Below, piece after piece: positions 57,293-64,000 of a stretch of 64,000 bases of DNA (the stretch's first letter is position 1; each line of letters opens with the position of its first letter). The notes under the pieces are model-generated. The model was not told where the DNA came from. It saw nothing but the letters and a program-made list of their open reading frames with translations, and searched no databases. Both the position numbers and the translations under genes were made by a program. The stretch is taken from NCBI GenBank assembly GCA_045578765.1, contig JAZNKV010000016.1, positions 26,796 through 90,795 of the forward strand, read 5' to 3'. Source of the DNA: Christensenellaceae bacterium. Lineage in GTDB: Bacteria > Bacillota > Clostridia > Christensenellales > Borkfalkiaceae.

Positions 57293-58072
57293 TTAGTTGT
57301 TAGGAACTATGTCCCCAACGTCGTTAAGTACGTATTTGGGCGCATATGGGTAATTTGGTAAATCTTCTTTATTCGTAACGCCTGTTAACACTAACACAGT
57401 GTCAAGCTCACTTTCTATACCTGCTATTATATCAGTGTCCATTCTATCCCCTATAATCGCTGCGTCTATTCTATGACAATCGAGTTTTTTAAGAGCGTGA
57501 CGCATCATCAACGGGTTAGGTTTACCAACGTAATATGCACTCTTTCCTGTAGTTAGCTCTATGGGAGAAATAAGCGCACGGCAAGCGGGAATTATGCCAC
57601 TCTCTACCTTCGCGGTAAGATCGGTGTTAGTGCCGATAAGTTTTGCACCGTTCATAACGAGCTTTACAGCCTTTTCAATTTTTTCATAATTAAGTGAACG
57701 AGTTTCACCAAAAACAACGTAGTCAGGGTTTATGTCGTTCATTGAAAACCCCGCTTCGTAAAGCGCGTTTGTAAGCCCCGGTTCGCCTATTACGTAAACA
57801 GAACCGTTAGGGCATTGACTTTTAAGATATGATGCTGTTGCTAATGCGCTAGTGTAAAAATGTTCTTCACCAACGTTTAGCCCCATTCGTGCGAGTTTTT
57901 CTTTTAATTCTCTTGGAGAACGTTCAGAACTATTTGTCAAGAACAAATAGTTTTTCCCCTCACTTTCAAGCCACTCAACAAATTCTTTAACTCGTGGGAT
58001 AAGGCGGTTGCCATGATAAATAACACCGTCCATATCACATATAAAACACTTTTTATTTCTCAAATTTTCCAT
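57293..58072 (-). CDS. HAD-IIA family hydrolase (NagD-like sugar-phosphate phosphatase)
   Basis: It has the DMDGV nucleophile motif, LTNSS and a GD(x)3-4D motif (GDRMDTD). An alternative GTG start lies at 58081. Confidence 0.8.
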   Translation of the reverse strand: MENLRNKKCFICDMDGVIYHGNRLIPRVKEFVEWLESEGKNYLFLTNSSERSPRELKEKLARMGLNVGEEHFYTSALATASYLKSQCPNGSVYVIGEPGLTNALYEAGFSMNDINPDYVVFGETRSLNYEKIEKAVKLVMNGAKLIGTNTDLTAKVESGIIPACRALISPIELTTGKSAYYVGKPNPLMMRHALKKLDCHRIDAAIIGDRMDTDIIAGIESELDTVLVLTGVTNKEDLPNYPYAPKYVLNDVGDIVPNN

Positions 58073-58083
58073 AAATACCACAC

Positions 58084-59598
58084 TTATTTTAAATGTTCTT
58101 TCTTTACAACTTTTAAGCCTTTTCTTTGCGCATAAGTAGTTTTGCGTTCAGGAAGTTTAAACCATGAAATTTTTTCTTTGTCCCTATATAATACCATAAA
58201 CACGGCAAGCAATGCAACTATCACGAAGAAAAGAATTAAAAACCAAGTCGGGAAAGTTTCGCCTTTTACTTTTTCCCACATTTCATTTATATCCAACAAC
58301 GTATCTGGTGCAAAATAACTCATAACAGCGCACCTATTAACAATTTCTTCCGTGGGATATTGCGCAATAAGTCTACCATAAGATTCTTCACTAACGATAA
58401 TTTTATATTCATTGTCATTGCCGAAGAAATAAGATAAATCAACTTCTATCGTTCCTTCTTCAACCTCAGTATATCCTTCGTCAAACCAGCCGGTAACAAC
58501 GGCATCAAAAAGTGATAAGTTTTCAACGATGATACTGCCATCATCTTCTTCAATTTCAACGTCAAACGTATTCCCGCCGGCAATCATGCTAGTGTAGCCG
58601 GTATAATTCATGTTTCTATAAACGTTTTCAGGGCGAGAAATAAACTCTAAGAACTTGTATACGGCTTGGTGGTTATTGCTCCCTGAAGGCATAACAAATC
58701 CATCAAACCAAATATTACTACCTTCATCGGGAACGTAATAACTGAGCGAACGTGTATCCGCCCCATCTAAAACTGTTCCATCTTCATCTTCTGCGTCACC
58801 AGCAGCAACGTCTATCGCATAAGCGGCATCCCCACTCCAAGCGATATATGCGTCGATATTCCCTAGAATAATATCGTTTTTACCGCTATCAACTTCAAAG
58901 CCGTATAGCCTATTTTTAATTGAAGATAGAACTTCGCCAACTTTTTCAATATGTTCAGCGCCTGTTCTATTAAGAATCTCAGTTATCTGTTCATTGGTAG
59001 TTGCATTTTCAAGTTCATCTTTATAAGCCATTGCAAGACCAACCAAATATGAATCTCTAACAGAATCTTTTATCGTTGCCTTTTTGATAAGGGCATCATC
59101 TTCAAAAACGCCACCCCAAGATTGAACAGTTGACTCGTCCACAACGTCAGTGTTGTAAACCCAGCCCATTGTTCCCCACATATATCCTACCATATATTGT
59201 GAAAGGGTTGAGCCGTCATCTAACACTATTCCGTTTAACCTATCCTTGATAAACGGTGAAAGATTATCTTGATAGTTTGCAATTTGGCTAAAGTCAAGCT
59301 TTTGAATTCTGCCTTCCACAGCAAGCTTTTCAATCATATACTCTGACGGAACAACTAAGTCATAGCTGTTGGGGTTTATTACAAGTTCATTATAAAGATT
59401 TTCGTTCGTACCATATGTTGAGTAAATTACTTTTATTCCTGTTTCGTTTTCAAAGTCTTGAAGTAAGGTCTCGTCTATATAATCTTCACAGTTACAAACT
59501 CTCAACACGTTGGTTTGCTCAGTAGATGCGCAGCCAAATGAAAATATCGTTGAAAAAATCATTAACGCAACTAAAATAAGAGATAAAATTCTTTTCAT
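58084..59598 (-). CDS. potD: PotD-like polyamine-binding lipoprotein, enlarged and with an extra C-terminal TM anchor
   Basis: The ATG at 59598 has AAGGAGG 9 nt upstream. It has a lipobox (FSFGCAS), a PotD/PotF-type fold signature (VIYSTYGTNENLY, VVPSEYM), and a C-terminal hydrophobic helix (WFLILFFVIVALLAVFMVLY) plus a basic tail. Confidence 0.78.
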   Translation of the reverse strand: MKRILSLILVALMIFSTIFSFGCASTEQTNVLRVCNCEDYIDETLLQDFENETGIKVIYSTYGTNENLYNELVINPNSYDLVVPSEYMIEKLAVEGRIQKLDFSQIANYQDNLSPFIKDRLNGIVLDDGSTLSQYMVGYMWGTMGWVYNTDVVDESTVQSWGGVFEDDALIKKATIKDSVRDSYLVGLAMAYKDELENATTNEQITEILNRTGAEHIEKVGEVLSSIKNRLYGFEVDSGKNDIILGNIDAYIAWSGDAAYAIDVAAGDAEDEDGTVLDGADTRSLSYYVPDEGSNIWFDGFVMPSGSNNHQAVYKFLEFISRPENVYRNMNYTGYTSMIAGGNTFDVEIEEDDGSIIVENLSLFDAVVTGWFDEGYTEVEEGTIEVDLSYFFGNDNEYKIIVSEESYGRLIAQYPTEEIVNRCAVMSYFAPDTLLDINEMWEKVKGETFPTWFLILFFVIVALLAVFMVLYRDKEKISWFKLPERKTTYAQRKGLKVVKKEHLK

Positions 59599-59599
59599 A

Positions 59600-60400
59600 T
59601 TATTTTGCCTCCTTTTTTCTAGTGCTAACGTTTTTAACAACAACAACCAAAATTATAACTATAAATATAATTGCAGAAAGAGCACGGAGCGCGGGCAGTG
59701 ATGAATTTGCATTCGACTTTGCCATTGCACCATAAACGTATGTTGAAATAGTATCAAAACCAGCAGGTTTAGTGTATGCTGAAATAATATAATCGTCGAG
59801 CGAAAGCGTTATTGCAAGCATAAAACCACTCAAAATTCCTGGCAATATTTCTGGGACAATTACACTAAATAGAGCCCTTGCTGGAGACGCGCCAAGGTCT
59901 AACGCCGCCTCATACAAGTTAGAATCCATTTGTTTTAACTTTGGAATTACTGATAATACCACAAACGGCGTGGTAATAACCAAATGCCCTATTACAAGCG
60001 CAAAATATGAACGACTTTCGGTAAATATAAATGCAAACAATAGTACAAGTGCAACTGCCGTTACAATTTCAGCGTTGATAACGGGAATTCTTGATGCTGC
60101 GGAAACGCCTTTACCAAACTTGCCCTTGCTGTAATAAATACCGATTGCACCAAGTGTACCAAGCACGGTTGCCAATACCGCAACTAACACGGCAAGAATA
60201 AGAGTATCCCAAACGATTTTCATCAAAGCACTATCAGCAAACAATTTTTTATATAATTCTAAAGAAAAACCTTGCTTTATTGCTTCTTGAATATTTACAA
60301 CGGGCGTATCAACAAAGCTGTAAACTACAAGAGTGAATATGGGTGCATAAATAAATAAAAGGATTAATGCAATATAAAATACTTGGAAGAACTTTTTCAT
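59600..60400 (-). CDS. potC: spermidine/putrescine ABC transporter permease PotC
   Basis: 266 aa with six TM helices and an EAA-like loop (YEAALDLGASPARALFSV). Confidence 0.85.
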   Translation of the reverse strand: MKKFFQVFYIALILLFIYAPIFTLVVYSFVDTPVVNIQEAIKQGFSLELYKKLFADSALMKIVWDTLILAVLVAVLATVLGTLGAIGIYYSKGKFGKGVSAASRIPVINAEIVTAVALVLLFAFIFTESRSYFALVIGHLVITTPFVVLSVIPKLKQMDSNLYEAALDLGASPARALFSVIVPEILPGILSGFMLAITLSLDDYIISAYTKPAGFDTISTYVYGAMAKSNANSSLPALRALSAIIFIVIILVVVVKNVSTRKKEAK

Positions 60401-61227
60401 TATATGTTAGTCCCCCTTGCATTATTTTCACTCTTAAAACTACCCGTAACCCACATTGATACAAGCATAATAACAAGTAACACCATAGCCATTGCCGAGC
60501 CGAAATTCCAGTTTTGGAAGGTTGTAAACTGCTCGTCAATAAGTTTGCCGATAATAGTTATTAGCCCGTTGCCAAACGTGTCTGAAATAACGTAACAAGT
60601 CATAGTGGGCATAAACACCATTGTTACACCGCTGGCTATTCCTGACATTGAAAGTGGTAACGTTACTTTTCTAAACGTTGTAAACGCGTTTGCGCCCAAA
60701 TCATTGCTTGCCTCAATCAAACTTTTATCCATTTTAATTAAAACGGTGTAAATTGGCATTATCATAAAAGGCAAATAATCGTAAACCATACCTATAACAA
60801 CGTTTACGTAATTATTAAACCCAAACACGCCTATAAGCGTCAACAAATCTTTCATCGCCATTGCACGAAGAACGAAGTTTATCCACATAGGCATAATAAA
60901 TAGCATGAGTAGCGTTCCGCCCTTGTTTAACTTGCTTTTTGCAAGTATGTACGCAACAGGATATGCAATGATTATACAAATTATCGTTGTTGCAAGCGCG
61001 ATAAGCATACTTATTATTAAGGTCGAAAGTGTAGTTTCACTTGAAAAAAATCTTATAAAATTATCAAACGAAATCACGCCGTTTTTATCCGTAAAAGCAT
61101 GGAACACTATTAGTAGCAACGGAAGAACAACAAATAGCGCCAAAAACAGCCCGTACGGAATACATAATTGTTTTCTAGAAAAGTTCAAACCGAACTTCTT
61201 CTTGTTTAAGGTGTTTTGTTCGGTCAT
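60400..61227 (-). CDS. potB: spermidine/putrescine ABC transporter permease PotB
   Basis: 275 aa with an EAA-like loop (IEASNDLGANAFTTFRKVTLP). It overlaps both neighbours. Confidence 0.85.
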   Translation of the reverse strand: MTEQNTLNKKKFGLNFSRKQLCIPYGLFLALFVVLPLLLIVFHAFTDKNGVISFDNFIRFFSSETTLSTLIISMLIALATTIICIIIAYPVAYILAKSKLNKGGTLLMLFIMPMWINFVLRAMAMKDLLTLIGVFGFNNYVNVVIGMVYDYLPFMIMPIYTVLIKMDKSLIEASNDLGANAFTTFRKVTLPLSMSGIASGVTMVFMPTMTCYVISDTFGNGLITIIGKLIDEQFTTFQNWNFGSAMAMVLLVIMLVSMWVTGSFKSENNARGTNI

Positions 61228-62735
61228 CTTTTAATCTCCTGCTTTAATGAAAGCCTAATCTTTTCTTTAGGAATAATAACGCTAACCCTATCGTTTTCAT
61301 TCCAAGTATCTTCGGTATCAAATACAAAGTCTTCTTCGTTTTCATCAGTTCTAACGATAAGTTGATAGTGGTCACCCTTATAAATCATTGAAACGATATT
61401 ACCTATAGCCCCGCCATCTTCTTCATGGTCACTTATTTCTATATCTTTTAACCCCACTTCAACGTTAACGTCAACGTCGGTAAGGTCGATTTTTTCGCCT
61501 TCTGCCGTGATTAGATATCCGTCTTCATCAAGGAAAGAACCAGGATAAAGTTGCGTAACGTCACACTCAAACTCCCCATCGCCAAAACATACGGTGTTCT
61601 TTTTTGTAATATATCCGTCGTATTTATTAGAAGAAAACTCCTTAGCCATAATGTGAATATCGCTCGGCTTTATAAACAAGCTTACCTTTTCACCAACTTT
61701 TCTTTCAATGGTATCTTGAATAACAATTTCTGTTTTACCAACAAGCATAACCATTTCGTAGTGAACGCCCTTAAATATTGAGCTAATAATTTTTCCGTTT
61801 ACTTGCCCTTTGCCTTCGTCCATCAAGAACACGTCTTCAGGGCGAACAACAACGTCAACTTTTTCGTTCTTATCAAACACGTCAACACATTCAAAAACAT
61901 GGTTTATAAACCTAACCTTATTATCGCCGGCATAAGTTCCGCTAAAAATATTACTTTCGCCTATAAAGTCTGCAACGAAAGAGTTTTTGGGTTCGTTATA
62001 AATGTCGGTAGGCGTGCCTACTTGTTGAATCACACCGTCTTTCATTACAACGATTGTATCACTCATTGTAAGCGCTTCTTCTTGGTCGTGCGTAACGTAA
62101 ATAAATGTAATACCAAGTTTTTTATGCATTTCTTTAAGTTCTAACTGCATATCTTTACGCATCTTTAAGTCAAGTGCGCCAAGCGGTTCATCTAAAAGCA
62201 AAATTTCAGGCTCGTTAACTATTGCCCTTGCAATAGCAACACGTTGTTGTTGACCGCCTGAGAGCGTGGAAACACTGCGCTTTTCAAAACCTTCAAGGTC
62301 AACCATTTTAAGCGCTTTTTCAACCTTTTCTATAATTTCTTTCTTAGGCAATTTCTCAATTCTTTTAAACTGCTTGCCTTTTTTGTCTTCATACGTTACT
62401 TCAACTCTTTTAAGTTTAAGCCCGAAAGCAATGTTATCGTACACGTTCAAATGTGGAAACAAAGCGTATCTTTGGAATACGGTATTTATAGGGCGTTTAT
62501 TGGGTGGCAAAAGGCTTATGTCTTGACCGTTAAGCAAAATTTTACCAGAAGTGGGTTTGTCAAATCCCGCGATCATACGTAAGGTCGTTGTTTTGCCACA
62601 ACCCGACGGCCCTAAAAATGTGATAAATTCACCCTTTCTAACGTATAGATTAACCTTGTCAACGGCAACCATACCGTCATCAAATTCACGGGTTAAATCA
62701 ATAAGTTCAATAATTTTTTCGCTTTTGTTTGTCAT
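61224..62735 (-). CDS. potA: spermidine/putrescine import ATPase PotA with a ~130-aa C-terminal extension
   Basis: Walker A GPSGCGKTT, signature LSGGQQQR, Walker B LLLDEPLGALD. A TOBE-like segment is followed by a second TOBE-like segment (GNIVSMIYKGDHYQLIV...RVSVIIPKEKIRL). 503 aa. Confidence 0.88.
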   Translation of the reverse strand: MTNKSEKIIELIDLTREFDDGMVAVDKVNLYVRKGEFITFLGPSGCGKTTTLRMIAGFDKPTSGKILLNGQDISLLPPNKRPINTVFQRYALFPHLNVYDNIAFGLKLKRVEVTYEDKKGKQFKRIEKLPKKEIIEKVEKALKMVDLEGFEKRSVSTLSGGQQQRVAIARAIVNEPEILLLDEPLGALDLKMRKDMQLELKEMHKKLGITFIYVTHDQEEALTMSDTIVVMKDGVIQQVGTPTDIYNEPKNSFVADFIGESNIFSGTYAGDNKVRFINHVFECVDVFDKNEKVDVVVRPEDVFLMDEGKGQVNGKIISSIFKGVHYEMVMLVGKTEIVIQDTIERKVGEKVSLFIKPSDIHIMAKEFSSNKYDGYITKKNTVCFGDGEFECDVTQLYPGSFLDEDGYLITAEGEKIDLTDVDVNVEVGLKDIEISDHEEDGGAIGNIVSMIYKGDHYQLIVRTDENEEDFVFDTEDTWNENDRVSVIIPKEKIRLSLKQEIKR

Positions 62736-62770
62736 AACAATACCTCATAAGATAGATTTTGACTTGCTTT

Positions 62771-62801
62771 AAAATAAAAAAAGCAAGTTAACCTAACTTG
62801 C
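62771..62801 (-). terminator. intrinsic terminator (attenuator candidate) inside the potA leader
   Basis: Minus-strand RNA reads gcaaguua-ggu-uaacuugc (8 bp, 62801-62783), followed by UUUUUUUAUUUU (62782-71). It lies about 25 nt upstream of the potA SD (GAGG 62746-62743). Confidence 0.6.
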
Positions 62802-62871
62802 AAAACAAATACCCTAAAATAAATATAATGACAAACACCTTTGCCGTTACAAAAAAAGGATAATGGGTAAT

Positions 62872-63092
62872 CAGAGTCTATATAGCAACAAAACTTTTAC
62901 TACTCTTTATTGACCGTTTCACAAGTCTGCGAATTTCGCATTTTCGGTTATAAAGTAACCAACTTATAAACTTTGAGCACAATGCTCAATCAATAAGGCG
63001 AATACTCGCCACTCGGCAGTGGACCCGGCTGTCCGTATGGCCTCAACTCTTCATCGCTAAAGAGTGGTCCTTTATCGCTTGGAAAGACTCTG
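62872..63092 (-). promoter_or_regulatory. unclassified structured 5' leader RNA element of the potABCD operon
   Basis: This is a non-coding, locally GC-rich element. It has three tandem hairpins (62973-62989, 62946-62960, 62928-62940) enclosed by a 9-bp helix (62988-62996 with 62907-62915). An 8-bp bracket helix (63085-63092 with 62872-62879) spans the whole element. G-U pairs favour the minus strand. Confidence 0.5.
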
Positions 63093-63118
63093 TTTACTAA
63101 ACTCACTTTCCGTTTTAT

Positions 63119-63147
63119 ATATTAAAACATTTGCTTTGTTTTGTCAA
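63119..63147 (-). promoter_or_regulatory. near-consensus sigma-A promoter driving the potA leader
   Basis: On the minus strand: TTGACA (63147-63142), 17-nt spacer, TAATAT (63124-63119). Confidence 0.55.
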
Positions 63148-63258
63148 TCATTTTTTATTATTAAATAAAAAAATATAGCCTTTTCTTGTCTGTTTTGTTT
63201 GCTAATTACGTCTTTGTTTTTGTATAATATATCTACAAAAACTTTTTAGGAGTAGAGA

Positions 63259-63870
63259 TTGGATTTTTTTATTCAAGCAATTGGTTTTATAGGCATTGCG
63301 CTAATAATAATTTCAGTGCAGTTTAACGTGCATTGGAAGATTATGCTCTTTAGAACGCTTGGCTCTATTACCTTTGTTATTCAATATATCTTTTTGGGCG
63401 CGTGGGTAGGTATGGTTATGGACCTTATTGGTTGCATAAGAAACATTGTGTTTACCTATAACGTTAGAAAAAAACGAGAAAATATCTTTTGGATTTGGTT
63501 TTTTTCTATAGTTACAATTATTTGTGGCGTTACAACAATTATTATGACGTGGGATAAATGTATTGGTTACGTATCACACTGGTCTAGTGACCAAAACGTT
63601 GTTTTGATTTTAGCTGTTTCCGTTAGTATAATTTCTATTTTTGCAAAGCTTATTACAACTATCGCTTACGGATTTAAAAATCCACATATTATTCGAAGAT
63701 TAAATATTCCATCAAGTGTATGCTGGGTAGTTTATAACGTTCTTGCCTTTTCTATTGCGGGTATTGTAAGCGATTTGATGAGTTTAATTTCAACGATAAT
63801 TGCTGAAATCCGTTACACAGGAAAACCTTCACTTGAAAATAAATCAAAACAAAACAACGAACATAATTAA
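63259..63870 (+). CDS. YgjV-like inner membrane protein
   Basis: 203 aa with about 6 TM helices. The FIQAIGFIGIAL...QYIFLGAWVG pattern is like the Imp-YgjV family (from memory). The TTG start is preceded by AGGAG. Confidence 0.65.
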   Translation: MDFFIQAIGFIGIALIIISVQFNVHWKIMLFRTLGSITFVIQYIFLGAWVGMVMDLIGCIRNIVFTYNVRKKRENIFWIWFFSIVTIICGVTTIIMTWDKCIGYVSHWSSDQNVVLILAVSVSIISIFAKLITTIAYGFKNPHIIRRLNIPSSVCWVVYNVLAFSIAGIVSDLMSLISTIIAEIRYTGKPSLENKSKQNNEHN

Positions 63871-63897
63871 AATAAAATAATATCAAAACTATAAAAC

Positions 63898-63930
63898 AAA
63901 AAAGCACCCTTGAGGGTGCTTTAATTTTTT
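63898..63930. terminator. bidirectional terminator
   Basis: aaagcaccc (63901-63909) pairs with gggtgcttt (63914-63922), a 9-bp stem flanked by A and T runs. Confidence 0.8.
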
Positions 63931-63931
63931 C

Positions 63932-64000
63932 TCACCAATCGTCTTTCGGCGTTAGTTTAATGTCATCATAGTATTCAAAGTAACGTTCCTTGTCGCTCTT
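63932..64000 (-). CDS. 3' end of an unidentified minus-strand gene that continues beyond the window
   Basis: The frame is open from the window edge to TGA (63932-63934). The tail reads ...KSDKERYFEYYDDIKLTPKDDW, followed by the terminator. Confidence 0.3.
   Translation of the reverse strand, partial: KSDKERYFEYYDDIKLTPKDDW

Noticed and set aside
62872-63092. Possibility that the potA leader element is a T-box (GCGAUGA-AGAGU resembles the Stem I K-turn region) or a housekeeping RNA (RNase P, SRP, tmRNA, 6S)
   Set aside because: There is no T-box sequence (GGUGGUACCGCG-like) and no obvious specifier-loop layout. GAGGAAAGUCC (RNase P), the GGAAGCAGC SRP domain IV and a tRNA-like end (tmRNA) are all absent. 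It folds as multiple hairpins rather than a 6S-like rod. This was judged by eye only, and cmscan is still needed.
1-64000. CRISPR arrays, rRNA operons, IS elements, prophage or defence-system genes
   Set aside because: I scanned the intergenic regions and the ORF list. There are no spaced repeat arrays, no rRNA-like long GC-rich non-coding stretches, and no transposase, integrase, Cas or restriction-like proteins.

Overview
This is a 64-kb window of a low-GC Bacillota (Clostridia-like) chromosome. cwlD and sigH suggest a spore former, but that is inference. Most genes are on the minus strand and tightly packed, often with overlapping stop and start codons. The content is mainly core housekeeping. 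It includes dnaX-ybaB-recR, mrnC-rlmB-sigH, thrC-trpS, rpmE / DUF1385::prmC-prfA-aminotransferase and priA-def-fmt-rsmB-rlmN-rsgA-rpe. It also includes yicC-gmk-rpoZ, pcrA-ligA, metK-comFC-secA-prfB(+1 frameshift)-tsaD and five tRNAs (Val-Gly-Cys-Leu cluster plus Leu-CAG). Accessory-looking blocks are an AraC/ROK/SIS/CBM9-like sugar cluster, a CoA-disulfide reductase/flavin reductase block next to a decayed GNAT gene, a TetR + heterodimeric ABC exporter + radical-SAM operon, and potABCD. I saw no rRNA, CRISPR, transposase, integrase or recognisable defence genes. The most interesting signal is a roughly 375-nt, locally GC-rich, multi-hairpin 5' leader with its own near-consensus promoter and an intrinsic terminator in front of potABCD. 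I could not assign it to any riboswitch or leader class by eye. Secondary items are a DUF1385-PrmC gene fusion and a coupled DUF5685 / HPD-less J-like protein with a Cys-rich tail / membrane protein triad. Others are unusually extended PotA and PotD proteins, and the absence of prpC-prkC from their usual slot. All functional calls come from motif recognition and memory of protein families; no searches were run.
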